The notes under the pieces are model-generated. The model saw only the letters and a program-made list of their open reading frames with translations. It was not told where the DNA came from and searched no databases. This document shows positions 48,058 through 57,188 of a stretch of 64,000 bases of DNA, piece after piece. Positions within the stretch are counted from its first letter, which is position 1. The number at the start of each line of letters is the position of its first letter. The stretch lies in IMG/VR virus record IMGVR_UViG_3300005337_000441, positions 62,001-126,000 of that record; one strand, given 5' to 3'. The position numbers and the translations under genes are program-made.

Positions 48058-48458
48058 CCGGCAATGACTACAAGTCCGTGCGCCTGACACGCTGGATCGT
48101 GATGCTGTCTTGCACTGTCACCTTCTTGTACGTGCTCGGCAGTGCGTTCCTGATTTACGTCTGGAGCCCGTACGAGGCCTGTCGAGCAGGCCGCTGCTAC
48201 ATGGCACACAACTGGAGTTACGTCATCGAGACGTTCGGCCTGTGGCACGTCGTCTGGCTCACCGTCAGCGGCACGCTCTTCTACTTCCTCAAGCAGTGGA
48301 AGATCCCCAAACCCTACGAGAAGCCCAACCACTACGAAAAGTGGCTGATGCATGAAGAGGACCCCGCTTGGGACGTCATCGGTCAACAGGCACACGTGCC
48401 GGAGTGGACCGCCACCGACATCCAAGTGCGTCGACACCTTCCCAATCAGAAGGACTGA
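48054..48458 (+). CDS. 2-TM membrane protein
   Basis: Two hydrophobic segments; terminator at 48462-48489. Confidence 0.7.
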   Translation: MTGNDYKSVRLTRWIVMLSCTVTFLYVLGSAFLIYVWSPYEACRAGRCYMAHNWSYVIETFGLWHVVWLTVSGTLFYFLKQWKIPKPYEKPNHYEKWLMHEEDPAWDVIGQQAHVPEWTATDIQVRRHLPNQKD

Positions 48459-48514
48459 CAAGAAGGGACCCTCCGGGGTCTCTTTTTTTGTCCCTTTCTG
48501 AATCCTCCGTGAGC

Positions 48515-48531
48515 CACATATACTTTGACTG
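48515..48531 (+). promoter_or_regulatory. class-1 promoter
   Basis: CACATATACT-TTGAC-TG. Confidence 0.75.
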
Positions 48532-48560
48532 TAGAACCAACCACCTCACCAGGAGTCTTC

Positions 48561-48842
48561 ATGCAAACTCTGCCCGCTTCCGCTATCGAGAAACTCAACC
48601 GCGACGACAAGGGTCTGTTCGCGAAGATCACTGGCGTGACCAAGAACAGCGTCACGATCGACTTGAAGGATGGTTTCTCCTTCACTGTGCAGACCGAGGG
48701 CGACGGCGTCAAGTACTACATCGACGACACCCTGCGCTTCAACGACCTGGGCGATGTGATCGAAAAAGAAGAAGCGCCGCAGAGCCACGTCAAGGCCGGC
48801 TCGACCCGCACGAGTTCGTCCTACGTGAAGTCACCCCTCTGA
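48561..48842 (+). CDS. small monocistronic putative early protein
   Basis: AGGAG RBS; bounded by a promoter motif and a hairpin. Confidence 0.75.
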   Translation: MQTLPASAIEKLNRDDKGLFAKITGVTKNSVTIDLKDGFSFTVQTEGDGVKYYIDDTLRFNDLGDVIEKEEAPQSHVKAGSTRTSSSYVKSPL

Positions 48843-48881
48843 CCACAAGACGCGGACGGGTAACCGTCCGCCTATGCCGTC

Positions 48882-49490
48882 ATGACCATCATTGCCTACC
48901 ATAACGGGGCACTCCATGCGGACGACTGCATGATCTGTCCGCTGCCCAACGAGTACGTGAAAACGTCCGGCATGAAGATTCACGTCTCCAAGTGCAAGCG
49001 CTTTGCGATGGCGTTCACTGGCTTCATTCCCGACGCCAACCAGATCAACTATCTGGACGGTTTCTTTGTGATGAAGTTGCACGACTTCTACCAAAGCTGT
49101 AACGAGCAAGTCCCCATCAAGCGAGACGACCACAAGCACATCCCTATGCTCATCGATTCGATGTTCCTCATGACCGCCGAGCATTGCTGGCAGTTTGGTG
49201 GCACTCGAAGCGAGAACTCCATCTTCAGCCCTTGTGACAACGGCGTGCCCGTGGTCAATGGCTCGGGAGGAGATGTACTGCTGTCGTACTGGGCGCTCGG
49301 CTTTGATGTCGAGGAGTCAATGAAGAAGGTCAACTTCTTCGACTCGCGCTGCTCCAAGAACATCCAGACGGTCCGCAAGACGGATCTTCTACCCTTCAAA
49401 TACCTCAAGGTCGACAAAGAAGATGCCAAGTCACCTCCTGCTAATAAAAGACGGAAGGCTGTTCGCGCCAAAGGTGTACCAGCGTCCTAA
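48882..49490 (+). CDS. Ntn-hydrolase (proteasome beta/HslV-like) family protein
   Basis: N-terminal MT(II)A...ADD, KIH, AFTG, GSGG. Confidence 0.6.
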   Translation: MTIIAYHNGALHADDCMICPLPNEYVKTSGMKIHVSKCKRFAMAFTGFIPDANQINYLDGFFVMKLHDFYQSCNEQVPIKRDDHKHIPMLIDSMFLMTAEHCWQFGGTRSENSIFSPCDNGVPVVNGSGGDVLLSYWALGFDVEESMKKVNFFDSRCSKNIQTVRKTDLLPFKYLKVDKEDAKSPPANKRRKAVRAKGVPAS

Positions 49491-49980
49491 CGCTTCGCCG
49501 GTGTTCGCTACACCGATGAGCTTCCTCACGAACTACGGGATCATGATCCCCGTGGAGTATCACGCGTTTGAACTAGTGGAGATGCTCAACTCCAACTACC
49601 GCACACCCATGTACAACTTGGGCCTTCTCAAGGGAGTGCTGCTGGGGTGCGACCGGATGATCTACGAGATCAGCGCCGGAAAGATCGAAGGCGGTGAGGA
49701 CGCATTCATCGTGACGCCGTTTACCTATGAGAAGGGTTTCTCCTACGGTCGCTCCAACAACCAGCGCATTGACATGTTGCTGAGCGTGGGGATTCACGAG
49801 AAATGTGACCCTGCAGACATGATCATTGCCGCAGGCAAGCTCGCGGAGTTGCAACCTGCGCACTACATGGAGCGCAACGTCTCCGCGATCTTCACCAGTC
49901 TCAACAAGCCCGAAGCTGAAATCCAACCCTTCTCCGTCTTCATGGACAGGAGTGCCCCCAAGAAGGCTGAGAAGAGGTAA
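49423..49980 (+). CDS. hypothetical protein (start uncertain)
   Basis: Coding bias; fills the gap before the nvRNAP gene. Confidence 0.6.
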   Translation: MPSHLLLIKDGRLFAPKVYQRPNASPVFATPMSFLTNYGIMIPVEYHAFELVEMLNSNYRTPMYNLGLLKGVLLGCDRMIYEISAGKIEGGEDAFIVTPFTYEKGFSYGRSNNQRIDMLLSVGIHEKCDPADMIIAAGKLAELQPAHYMERNVSAIFTSLNKPEAEIQPFSVFMDRSAPKKAEKR

Positions 49981-50083
49981 GGCTTTTGAAATTCTTCATG
50001 GGCACACATATCTTACGTATAGGCAGGTGGGTCCCCGCCTGTTTCTACGTACTCCTAAATCCGACCTCTGAGGAGCAAGAGCC

Positions 50084-51490
50084 TTGCCAGTTTACCAGAA
50101 ACTGCTGAACCTGTCCGAGATGTTCCAGCAGCTCTCCGAGCCGCCCATCATCATCAACGATCTGTTCAGTGGCACGCAAGATGATCGTGCCAACATCATG
50201 GAGCTGATCACCACCCGCTACACGTCCGACATGGTGAGCCTGCTCCCCTCGTGTCGATGTGGACTGACGAAGGGGGAATTCTCCAAGAACACGATCTGCG
50301 ACACCTGCAAGACGCCGGTGAAGTCGATGATCGACTCCGACATCGAACCGATCGTCTGGTTCCGCAAACCCAACGGCGTGCAAAAGCTCATCAATCCGAT
50401 CGTCTGGATGATGCTGAGCCACCGGTTCAAGAAGGGCAGCTACAGCGTCCTGAACTGGATCATCGACACGAAGTACAACCCCAACACGAAGCCGCCCACC
50501 GCCATCTTGAACAAGATGATGCAAGCCGGCATTCAGCAGGGCTACAACTACTTTGTGGAGAACTTCGACGACATCATGGAGTTCATGTTCTCCCTGAAGG
50601 AGTTCAAGAAAAAGCCTGACGACCGGCTGCAAGAGCTGATCCGTCGTGACCGGCATCTGGTGTTCTCGGACTACATCCCGATTCCCAACAAGTCGATCCT
50701 GGTGGTGGAGAAGACCAACTTCTCGACCTATGTGGACGAGATCATCACGAACGCGGTCAACGCGATCCAGATGCTCGTCTCCATCGACCGGGACTACCAC
50801 GACCAGTCGGTGCGCGGCAAGGAGAACCGAACCGCGAAGGCGATGACGCTGCTGTGGGACTTCTACCTGAAGTACTTCAGCGACAACGTCTCCTCCAAGC
50901 AAGGCCAGTTCCGCCGCCACATCTTTGGCTCTCGAACCAACTTCTCGTTCCGTGCCGTGATCACCTCGATCACGGGGCCGCACAACTACAACGAGATCGA
51001 GATCCCGTGGGGTGTGGGTCTGACGGTCTTCCGTGAGCACTTGCTCAACAAGCTCGCTCGCATGGGTCTATCCATGAACCAAGCGGTCGGCTTGCTGCAC
51101 AAGCACATCGAGAAGTACAACCCGATGCTCGACGGGATCTTGAACGAGATCATCGCTGAGTTCCCGGGTGGTGCAGTTCCGCTGTTGCTCAACCGCAATC
51201 CGTCGCTGCTGCAAGGCTCGATCCTGGCGCTGCAATGCCGCACCATCAAGAAGGATCCGAAGGATCGCACGATTGGCCTGTCCATCCTCGTCGTCAAGCA
51301 ACTCAATGCTGACTTCGACGGTGACGAAGTCAACTGCTCGCTCCTGCTGGACAACAAGATGGCCGCGGCCTGCTATCCCTTGGAGCCGAAGTTCTCGATC
51401 TACGGTATGGGCAAACCCCTGGCCGTCTCGGGCAACGTCTCCATCCCGCGTCCCAACATCAGCAGCATCAGCCGCTGGCTCTCTGCGTAA
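50084..51490 (+). CDS. non-virion RNA polymerase beta' N-terminal/catalytic subunit (phiKZ gp55-like)
   Basis: Zn ribbon C.C...C..C, KQGQFRRHIFGSR, RAVIT, NRNPSL, NADFDGD; GAGGAG RBS, TTG start. Confidence 0.93.
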   Translation: MPVYQKLLNLSEMFQQLSEPPIIINDLFSGTQDDRANIMELITTRYTSDMVSLLPSCRCGLTKGEFSKNTICDTCKTPVKSMIDSDIEPIVWFRKPNGVQKLINPIVWMMLSHRFKKGSYSVLNWIIDTKYNPNTKPPTAILNKMMQAGIQQGYNYFVENFDDIMEFMFSLKEFKKKPDDRLQELIRRDRHLVFSDYIPIPNKSILVVEKTNFSTYVDEIITNAVNAIQMLVSIDRDYHDQSVRGKENRTAKAMTLLWDFYLKYFSDNVSSKQGQFRRHIFGSRTNFSFRAVITSITGPHNYNEIEIPWGVGLTVFREHLLNKLARMGLSMNQAVGLLHKHIEKYNPMLDGILNEIIAEFPGGAVPLLLNRNPSLLQGSILALQCRTIKKDPKDRTIGLSILVVKQLNADFDGDEVNCSLLLDNKMAAACYPLEPKFSIYGMGKPLAVSGNVSIPRPNISSISRWLSA

Positions 51491-51499
51491 GGAGTCCCC

Positions 51500-51862
51500 A
51501 TGGACGTTACGTCCGATCCCGACGATGGGATCAGTTCTCTCACGAGTGTCGAGGCCTGCAACGAGGTCGTCAAGGTCTCGGAGATCGTTGAGAAGTTCCT
51601 CTCGCGAAAGCTCGTTCAAGTGCAAAACACCATGGCCTTCGATCAGGAGCTTTTTCACGACATCCTTCTGAGCATCGAGATGGCCAAGGTCTGCGTGGGT
51701 TTCCCCGTCAGCAACGCCGTCACCATCGAGAAGCTCGCCCAGGACTTCGAATCCTGGAAGGTCATCCTGACCGAAGACATCGTGAACTTCCGACGCCACA
51801 TCGAGCTCGCCATGCAAAAGGGGCTCAAGCGTCACAAAGAGCTGCTCAACCAGCCGTCGTAA
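51500..51862 (+). CDS. hypothetical protein
   Basis: TAAGGAG RBS. Confidence 0.7.
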   Translation: MDVTSDPDDGISSLTSVEACNEVVKVSEIVEKFLSRKLVQVQNTMAFDQELFHDILLSIEMAKVCVGFPVSNAVTIEKLAQDFESWKVILTEDIVNFRRHIELAMQKGLKRHKELLNQPS

Positions 51863-51925
51863 CAGCATAGGCAGGAGGGGCTCGCGCTCCTCCTGCTCTT
51901 GCGTCTGCTAATTTTTTCACCCTGA

Positions 51926-51936
51926 CTGATTCTATG
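51926..51936 (+). promoter_or_regulatory. class-3 (TATG-type) promoter CTGATTCTATG
   Basis: Identical 11-mer at 54018-54028. Confidence 0.55.
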
Positions 51937-51953
51937 TCATATCGGAGTGAACC

Positions 51954-52967
51954 ATGGAACTGCTGAACAAGCACAAACACGGCACGCCGAGAGGATCGAT
52001 CTACATCGGAAGAGGATCGCCATTTGGTAATCCCTACCGCATCGGTGAGCACGGGACTCGTGAAGAAGTCATCGAAAAGTACAAGGGCTGGCTCACACGC
52101 AAACTCATCGACCATGATCCTGAAGTGACTCATGCGATGAAGAGCCTGAATGCTGACTCCAAGCTTCTGTGCTTTTGCCATCCCGCTCCCTGCCATGGTT
52201 CTGTGATCGACGCCACGTGGCAAGAGATCATGGACAACGGCAACGGAGACTTTGCCACCGGTCTGCGCAACTTCCGTAACAAACGGATTCAGTCGACAGA
52301 AGAAGAGTATCGACGCTACCTCGTTGAGAAACTCGTCTGTCGCGATGCCGATGTCACGGTTGATTTCCGTGAACAGATCCTCTCGCAACACACCATCCCT
52401 GAACGGTTTCGCTGCTGCAACGTCACACCCATCATGGTGAAGCTGCACACCGAGATCATGGCGCAGCAAGACTACGATCAAGCGATCGCGGATCTGGCCA
52501 AGCGCGAAGGCATGGTGCATCTGCCCAACCTCGACGGGATCACGCACATCAACGTCTACAGCAAAGGTCAAACCAAGCTCGGACGAGGACTCTCTAACTT
52601 CGCCCATACACCCTTTGATCATCCCAAAGATGGTCACTGCGAGAGTGTGGAAGGGTATTGGTATTACCTGAAGTCAGGACGTGAATTCCCGTACCTCAAA
52701 ACCCTCTGGGGTAATGAAGCCAAACAAGAAGGCAAACGTTATCCCCGCGTGGAGTCTTCGGACTTCCTGGAAAACATCAAAGAAGCGATCACTTGCAAAA
52801 TCCTGCAAACTCCGGAACTCCTCAAAGACTTCCGTGAAAGCACCTTGCCGTTTTCGCACTACTACTGGTACGGCTCCATCTTCAATCCCCGTGTCCTGGC
52901 CAAGGACGCAGACAAGTGGATGGTCGACCATCTTGAGGAACTGCGCAGCAGACTCAAACAGGAGTAG
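51954..52967 (+). CDS. DUF4326-like / NADAR-like fusion protein
   Basis: N-terminal YIGRGSPFGNPY...L.CFCHP.PCHG; C-terminal HINVYSKG.T.LGR.LSNF...SVEGYWY. Confidence 0.65.
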   Translation: MELLNKHKHGTPRGSIYIGRGSPFGNPYRIGEHGTREEVIEKYKGWLTRKLIDHDPEVTHAMKSLNADSKLLCFCHPAPCHGSVIDATWQEIMDNGNGDFATGLRNFRNKRIQSTEEEYRRYLVEKLVCRDADVTVDFREQILSQHTIPERFRCCNVTPIMVKLHTEIMAQQDYDQAIADLAKREGMVHLPNLDGITHINVYSKGQTKLGRGLSNFAHTPFDHPKDGHCESVEGYWYYLKSGREFPYLKTLWGNEAKQEGKRYPRVESSDFLENIKEAITCKILQTPELLKDFRESTLPFSHYYWYGSIFNPRVLAKDADKWMVDHLEELRSRLKQE

Positions 52968-52988
52968 ACCTTTTAAAACAAGCTTGGT

Positions 52989-53005
52989 CACATATACTCA
53001 ACTTG
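52989..53005 (+). promoter_or_regulatory. class-1 promoter
   Basis: CACATATACT-CAACT-TG. Confidence 0.75.
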
Positions 53006-53056
53006 AAGCAGTGTAGTGATCACTAGCTAACAAATTTTAAAGCAGAGGAAACTCTC

Positions 53057-53680
53057 ATGATTCAAGTCATTCAGGCGGATGACCCGCGGGTGTTCGACTA
53101 TTCGATCTTCCCGCAGCAGTCGCCGATGAACATGGTGTACATCCAGCAGAACTTGTCGCAGTTCTCGGATGCTCTGAGTGAAAGCGGGCGCGCTTTCATG
53201 GAGCACCATCGCGCCATCTACGAAGCCATCGACCACAGCGAGATTGCCCGCAAGGCACGTCGCGTCATGCGCTCAGTCAAAGGTCTCTTCACGCCTGACA
53301 GCATTGTTGCGCTGGAGACACTGGAAGACCTGCAAAACGCACAACTGCAAATGCAGCGGTACATGATGGCGATGCCGGACATCCGCAAGCTGTACTTCCG
53401 CAACAAGTGTGACGGCTTCCGTGACACGTACGTGGACATGGAACCCAACCGCATCGGTGACGATCACTACGACTACCGCAAGGTCATGAGCGGTCACGTT
53501 GAAGTCATGGACGACGGCAGCTGGTGCGCTCGCCAGTACTTTGACGAACTGCACGAAGGCGATCGAGCGCTCGACGCAGATGAGCGCATGCTCATCCGTA
53601 AGACTTGGGATGCCATGCGCCTGGCAATCCAACAAGGGCAAGATCCGACGAACATGTTCGGCGGAGATCTCGGCGTTTAA
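53057..53680 (+). CDS. conserved phiKZ-like protein (gp59/Imp3-like position, tentative)
   Basis: 207 aa; GAGGA RBS; synteny only. Confidence 0.55.
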   Translation: MIQVIQADDPRVFDYSIFPQQSPMNMVYIQQNLSQFSDALSESGRAFMEHHRAIYEAIDHSEIARKARRVMRSVKGLFTPDSIVALETLEDLQNAQLQMQRYMMAMPDIRKLYFRNKCDGFRDTYVDMEPNRIGDDHYDYRKVMSGHVEVMDDGSWCARQYFDELHEGDRALDADERMLIRKTWDAMRLAIQQGQDPTNMFGGDLGV

Positions 53681-53713
53681 CACCACTACCACCACCAAGA
53701 GGAATCCCTAACC

Positions 53714-53938
53714 ATGAGTAATCCGGAACAAGCAGCCAAGATTACAGTGAAGTACACCTGCGCTTGTGACAAGTGCAGCACAGTGAATATCACGGATGAC
53801 CGTGAGATGACGCTGGAATACTTCAACGCGCAATCGCTGTCGACCCCCGGTGAATTCTGGCGGGAGGACAAAGGCGGTGCGACGGTCTATCGGCAGCACG
53901 AGGAATCTCGTGAAGGCCGCTGTAATCGAGGTTGCTGA
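53714..53938 (+). CDS. small Cys-rich protein
   Basis: CACDKC...CNRGC; GAGGA RBS. Confidence 0.6.
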   Translation: MSNPEQAAKITVKYTCACDKCSTVNITDDREMTLEYFNAQSLSTPGEFWREDKGGATVYRQHEESREGRCNRGC

Positions 53939-54017
53939 ACGCATTGAGAGCAGACAGGGGTAACCTGTCTGCTCTCATGTCGTTCTTTTTCTCTTTTGCA
54001 GATTTTGTACAGGGGGT

Positions 54018-54028
54018 CTGATTCTATG
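54018..54028 (+). promoter_or_regulatory. class-3 (TATG-type) promoter CTGATTCTATG
   Basis: Follows terminator 53946-53997; TTTTGTAC ends 18 nt upstream of the final G. Confidence 0.55.
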
Positions 54029-54053
54029 AGAACGCCATTCAAGAGGACCCTAC

Positions 54054-54461
54054 ATGGCCGGAACTGTTGCTTTTCCCTGCCTGAGTGAAGACGCTTGGGT
54101 GACGAACACCGTGAAGGTGGCCGATCAGATGATGGCTCACTTCTTCACCTCCAACTACAGCCAAAGTTACATCTACGCTGGGTACGTGAGTTCTTTCCCG
54201 TACATCCTGGCGATCAACCATGGCAGCATCAGCTCGATCTGTTCGGAAACGAAGAACGCGCTGGTGAGCTACTTCAGCCGCTTCTTTCAGAACGTGGTCG
54301 TTGAAGTGCAAGAAGTTCCGAACGAAGATGAACCGAGCAAAGCGCAAATCTCGATTCTCGTGCAGTTCGTGGACTACGAAAACAAGCCGTACTCCGTGGG
54401 ACAAATCCTGCGGGTGACGGGTTCCACGTTCGAGAAGGTCGCCGCCATCAACAACGGCTAG
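54054..54461 (+). CDS. conserved phiKZ-like protein
   Basis: GAGGA RBS; 135 aa in core block. Confidence 0.7.
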   Translation: MAGTVAFPCLSEDAWVTNTVKVADQMMAHFFTSNYSQSYIYAGYVSSFPYILAINHGSISSICSETKNALVSYFSRFFQNVVVEVQEVPNEDEPSKAQISILVQFVDYENKPYSVGQILRVTGSTFEKVAAINNG

Positions 54462-54473
54462 TAGGAGATAGAC

Positions 54474-55061
54474 ATGTCGCAAAACAACGCAGCGAATCCG
54501 GCGGCCGCAGCTCAACAGACTGTGGTGAACGCCCAACTCAAAGGCATCATGGAAGTCGTCGACGGTTCGTTCGACGCCCTGGTCGCCAACCAACCGCGTG
54601 CTCGCATTCCCGAGCCCGTGTTCGTGCACCACTTCCTGCCGTACTTCACCGGCAACGGCACGGGCAATCCCGAACGCAACCCGATGGCCGAATGGATCGG
54701 CGTCGCAGGTTCGGCCACTGCTCAGGTGGACGTGATCAACGAAGGCGGTGAAGTGCTCTTCACGGTACCTCCGATGATGGATTCGAACATCATCAACCTG
54801 AACCAAGTCGGCGGTCGTCGTCTGAACGACCTCATCGTCGACTACCAGCTCCACGGCGAAGGCCTGCCGGGCTCGGCTGCGCGTTTCTACGCCACTGAGA
54901 TCCAGAAGAAGCTCCAGCAGATCGCCCCGGGTCATGCCGACGAGACGCAAGCCACCAAGCAATGGCGTCAGATCTTCACGCGCTACGACGTGAAGGCTCC
55001 GGGCGCTGAAGCTGAAGCCGCCGCCAAAGTCGAGGCCGAACCTGACGATCTGGTGTACTGA
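54474..55061 (+). CDS. conserved phiKZ-like protein
   Basis: AGGAG RBS; strong codon bias. Confidence 0.7.
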   Translation: MSQNNAANPAAAAQQTVVNAQLKGIMEVVDGSFDALVANQPRARIPEPVFVHHFLPYFTGNGTGNPERNPMAEWIGVAGSATAQVDVINEGGEVLFTVPPMMDSNIINLNQVGGRRLNDLIVDYQLHGEGLPGSAARFYATEIQKKLQQIAPGHADETQATKQWRQIFTRYDVKAPGAEAEAAAKVEAEPDDLVY

Positions 55062-56230
55062 TGCTGAACCGGCGCCACAAGCGCAAGTTGAAGAAAGTTC
55101 TAAAGTATCTCGTGCTCGGGGATGTACACCTCGGGCACGAGAGAAATAGAACTGTTGACGTCATCCGAAATCTTGACCATTATTTCGGCTGGTATACGGA
55201 CAAGTCACCGTTCTGTCAACTTGACGCGATTTTCATCGCTGGTGACCTCTTTGACCACCTCTTGAACTTCTCCAGCACCGATGTGCACGAGATCCAGTTG
55301 TGGCTTTCCCGTCTGATGCGTTTTTGTTCACGACACAACATCGTGCTGCGTATCCTGGAAGGCACACCGAGTCACGACCGCAAGCAATCCAAGGTTGCTG
55401 ACGTGGTCTACGACTTGCTCAAGTGTGAGCTGGACTTCCGCTACATCGACACGCTGCACGTGGAGCACATCGAGAGTCTGGATCTGAACGTGCTGTATGT
55501 CCCTGATGAATGGACCGCAGACACGGAGCTCACGCTCACCCAGGCCAAAGAGCTCATCAAAGAAGCGGGGCTGGAACAAGTGGACATTGCCATCATGCAT
55601 GGTGCGTTCGCCTACCAGCTTCCCATGGCGCCCAACACGGTGCCCAAACACAACGAAGCCGAGTATCTGGGTCTCGTGGAGCGATTCATCCACATCGGAC
55701 ACGTGCACAACTTCTCCACCTTTGACCGCATCATCGCCGAAGGGTCGTTCGATCGACTCGCTCACGGTGAAGAAGAAGCCAAGGGTGCAGTGGTGGCCAC
55801 GTTGTCTCCCGATGGGGATAGTTTTGACTTCATCGAGAACAAAGAAGCTCGTATCTTCAAAACCATTGAGCTGAAGAGCAAAGATCTGGAAAAGAGCATG
55901 GCGGAGATCAAGAAGATCCTCGCCAAGATCCCGGAGAACTCTTTTGTGCGCATCAAGAGCACGAAGGATCATCCGGTTTACCAGGCTTTCGACGAACTCA
56001 AGAGCTTTTGGCCGATGTACACGTTCTCCAAGTCAACGACCGAGGACGATCAGGACAGCTACCAGCTCATCAACAACGCCGTGGAACTGGACAGGGAATT
56101 CACTCCCATTCATATCCACCGCGACAACATCGTGAGCTTGCTCACCCAAGCCGTCCTCTCCAAACACAGCCTCAATCCGAGGCAGCGTGAGATACTGAAT
56201 AACACATTGGAGTCCACCAATGCCGCCTGA
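55061..56230 (+). CDS. sbcD: SbcD/Mre11-like metallophosphoesterase nuclease
   Basis: GDVHLG, AGDLFD, GTPSHD, MHG, IGHVH motifs. Confidence 0.85.
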   Translation: MLNRRHKRKLKKVLKYLVLGDVHLGHERNRTVDVIRNLDHYFGWYTDKSPFCQLDAIFIAGDLFDHLLNFSSTDVHEIQLWLSRLMRFCSRHNIVLRILEGTPSHDRKQSKVADVVYDLLKCELDFRYIDTLHVEHIESLDLNVLYVPDEWTADTELTLTQAKELIKEAGLEQVDIAIMHGAFAYQLPMAPNTVPKHNEAEYLGLVERFIHIGHVHNFSTFDRIIAEGSFDRLAHGEEEAKGAVVATLSPDGDSFDFIENKEARIFKTIELKSKDLEKSMAEIKKILAKIPENSFVRIKSTKDHPVYQAFDELKSFWPMYTFSKSTTEDDQDSYQLINNAVELDREFTPIHIHRDNIVSLLTQAVLSKHSLNPRQREILNNTLESTNAA

Positions 56231-57095
56231 GAGAATGCCCACCGGGGACAGTCTGGCCACCCGGACTATCTCCGGTTTCCCTTTGAGCATTGGTACTGGC
56301 CTGGCGATGGAGACGCTCTTTGCTCCTCGCCAGCAGCCTTACGATCCGTCGCGCAAAGTGCCGGATCAGGTCAACTTGACCGAGTACCAGGAATGCTGGA
56401 TCAACCTCACGACGCTGTTCCGCAACATGATCGGCGCCGTCAACAAGGAGGTCTTCCTCACTTCCAGCGAGGGCGAGTTCAAGGACACGCTGCTCATGGA
56501 GATGGAAGTCATCGACAGCCTCTTCCAAAACGAAGGGGGTGCGCAATGCAAACCGCGTTACTACTTCTGCACGTACGACACGCTGACCAAGCGTACGCCG
56601 CAGGAGATCAAGTTCCGCGAAGACAAGACCGACGCCCAAAAGGCCGTGACGTTCAAGATGATGCGAGTCCTTGAACGCCTCATGAAGGAGACCGAAGCCG
56701 CCCAACGCCTGGACAGCGGCATCAAGCCCCCCCGCCGGGAGAACGCCCTGATTGTCACGCACATCGCGTACGACCTGGTGAGTTACCCTGCTTTCAACAA
56801 GTTGACCCTGCTGGAATCCCACACCGGCCGGATCAAGAACCGCAACCAATGGTACACCAAGTACCACACCGTGGGGACTGAAGACCTCTCGCACATGCCG
56901 TTCCTGCGCAAACTCCTCCTCGTCTTTGGTGATCGTGTTTTGATCGCCCCGAGTGAGTTCAAGTTGCGCTCGCAACTGCTGGAGATCGCCCACAAGCGCC
57001 AGTGGACCAACCTCACCAGTGAGGACAAGGTCATGCTAGACCTGAGCCTGGAGATCAAAGAACCCTTTGTTCTCAAGCTTCTCAAGTCGTTGTGA
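56220..57095 (+). CDS. conserved phiKZ gp66-like protein
   Basis: 291 aa; SIGT.LA.E, TH...DL, LLESHTG; synteny. Confidence 0.65.
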   Translation: MPPERMPTGDSLATRTISGFPLSIGTGLAMETLFAPRQQPYDPSRKVPDQVNLTEYQECWINLTTLFRNMIGAVNKEVFLTSSEGEFKDTLLMEMEVIDSLFQNEGGAQCKPRYYFCTYDTLTKRTPQEIKFREDKTDAQKAVTFKMMRVLERLMKETEAAQRLDSGIKPPRRENALIVTHIAYDLVSYPAFNKLTLLESHTGRIKNRNQWYTKYHTVGTEDLSHMPFLRKLLLVFGDRVLIAPSEFKLRSQLLEIAHKRQWTNLTSEDKVMLDLSLEIKEPFVLKLLKSL

Positions 57096-57188
57096 ATAAG
57101 ATATAGGAAATAAATTTTTAGAGCCACTGCAATTCCTATAGATACAGGTATGATCGCCTGTTAGTAGTGGCTAATAAGGAGAACTCCC

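Noticed and set aside
50084-51490. Intron or homing endonuclease in nvRNAP beta', as in phiKZ gp55
   Set aside because: The ORF is continuous through NADFDGD.
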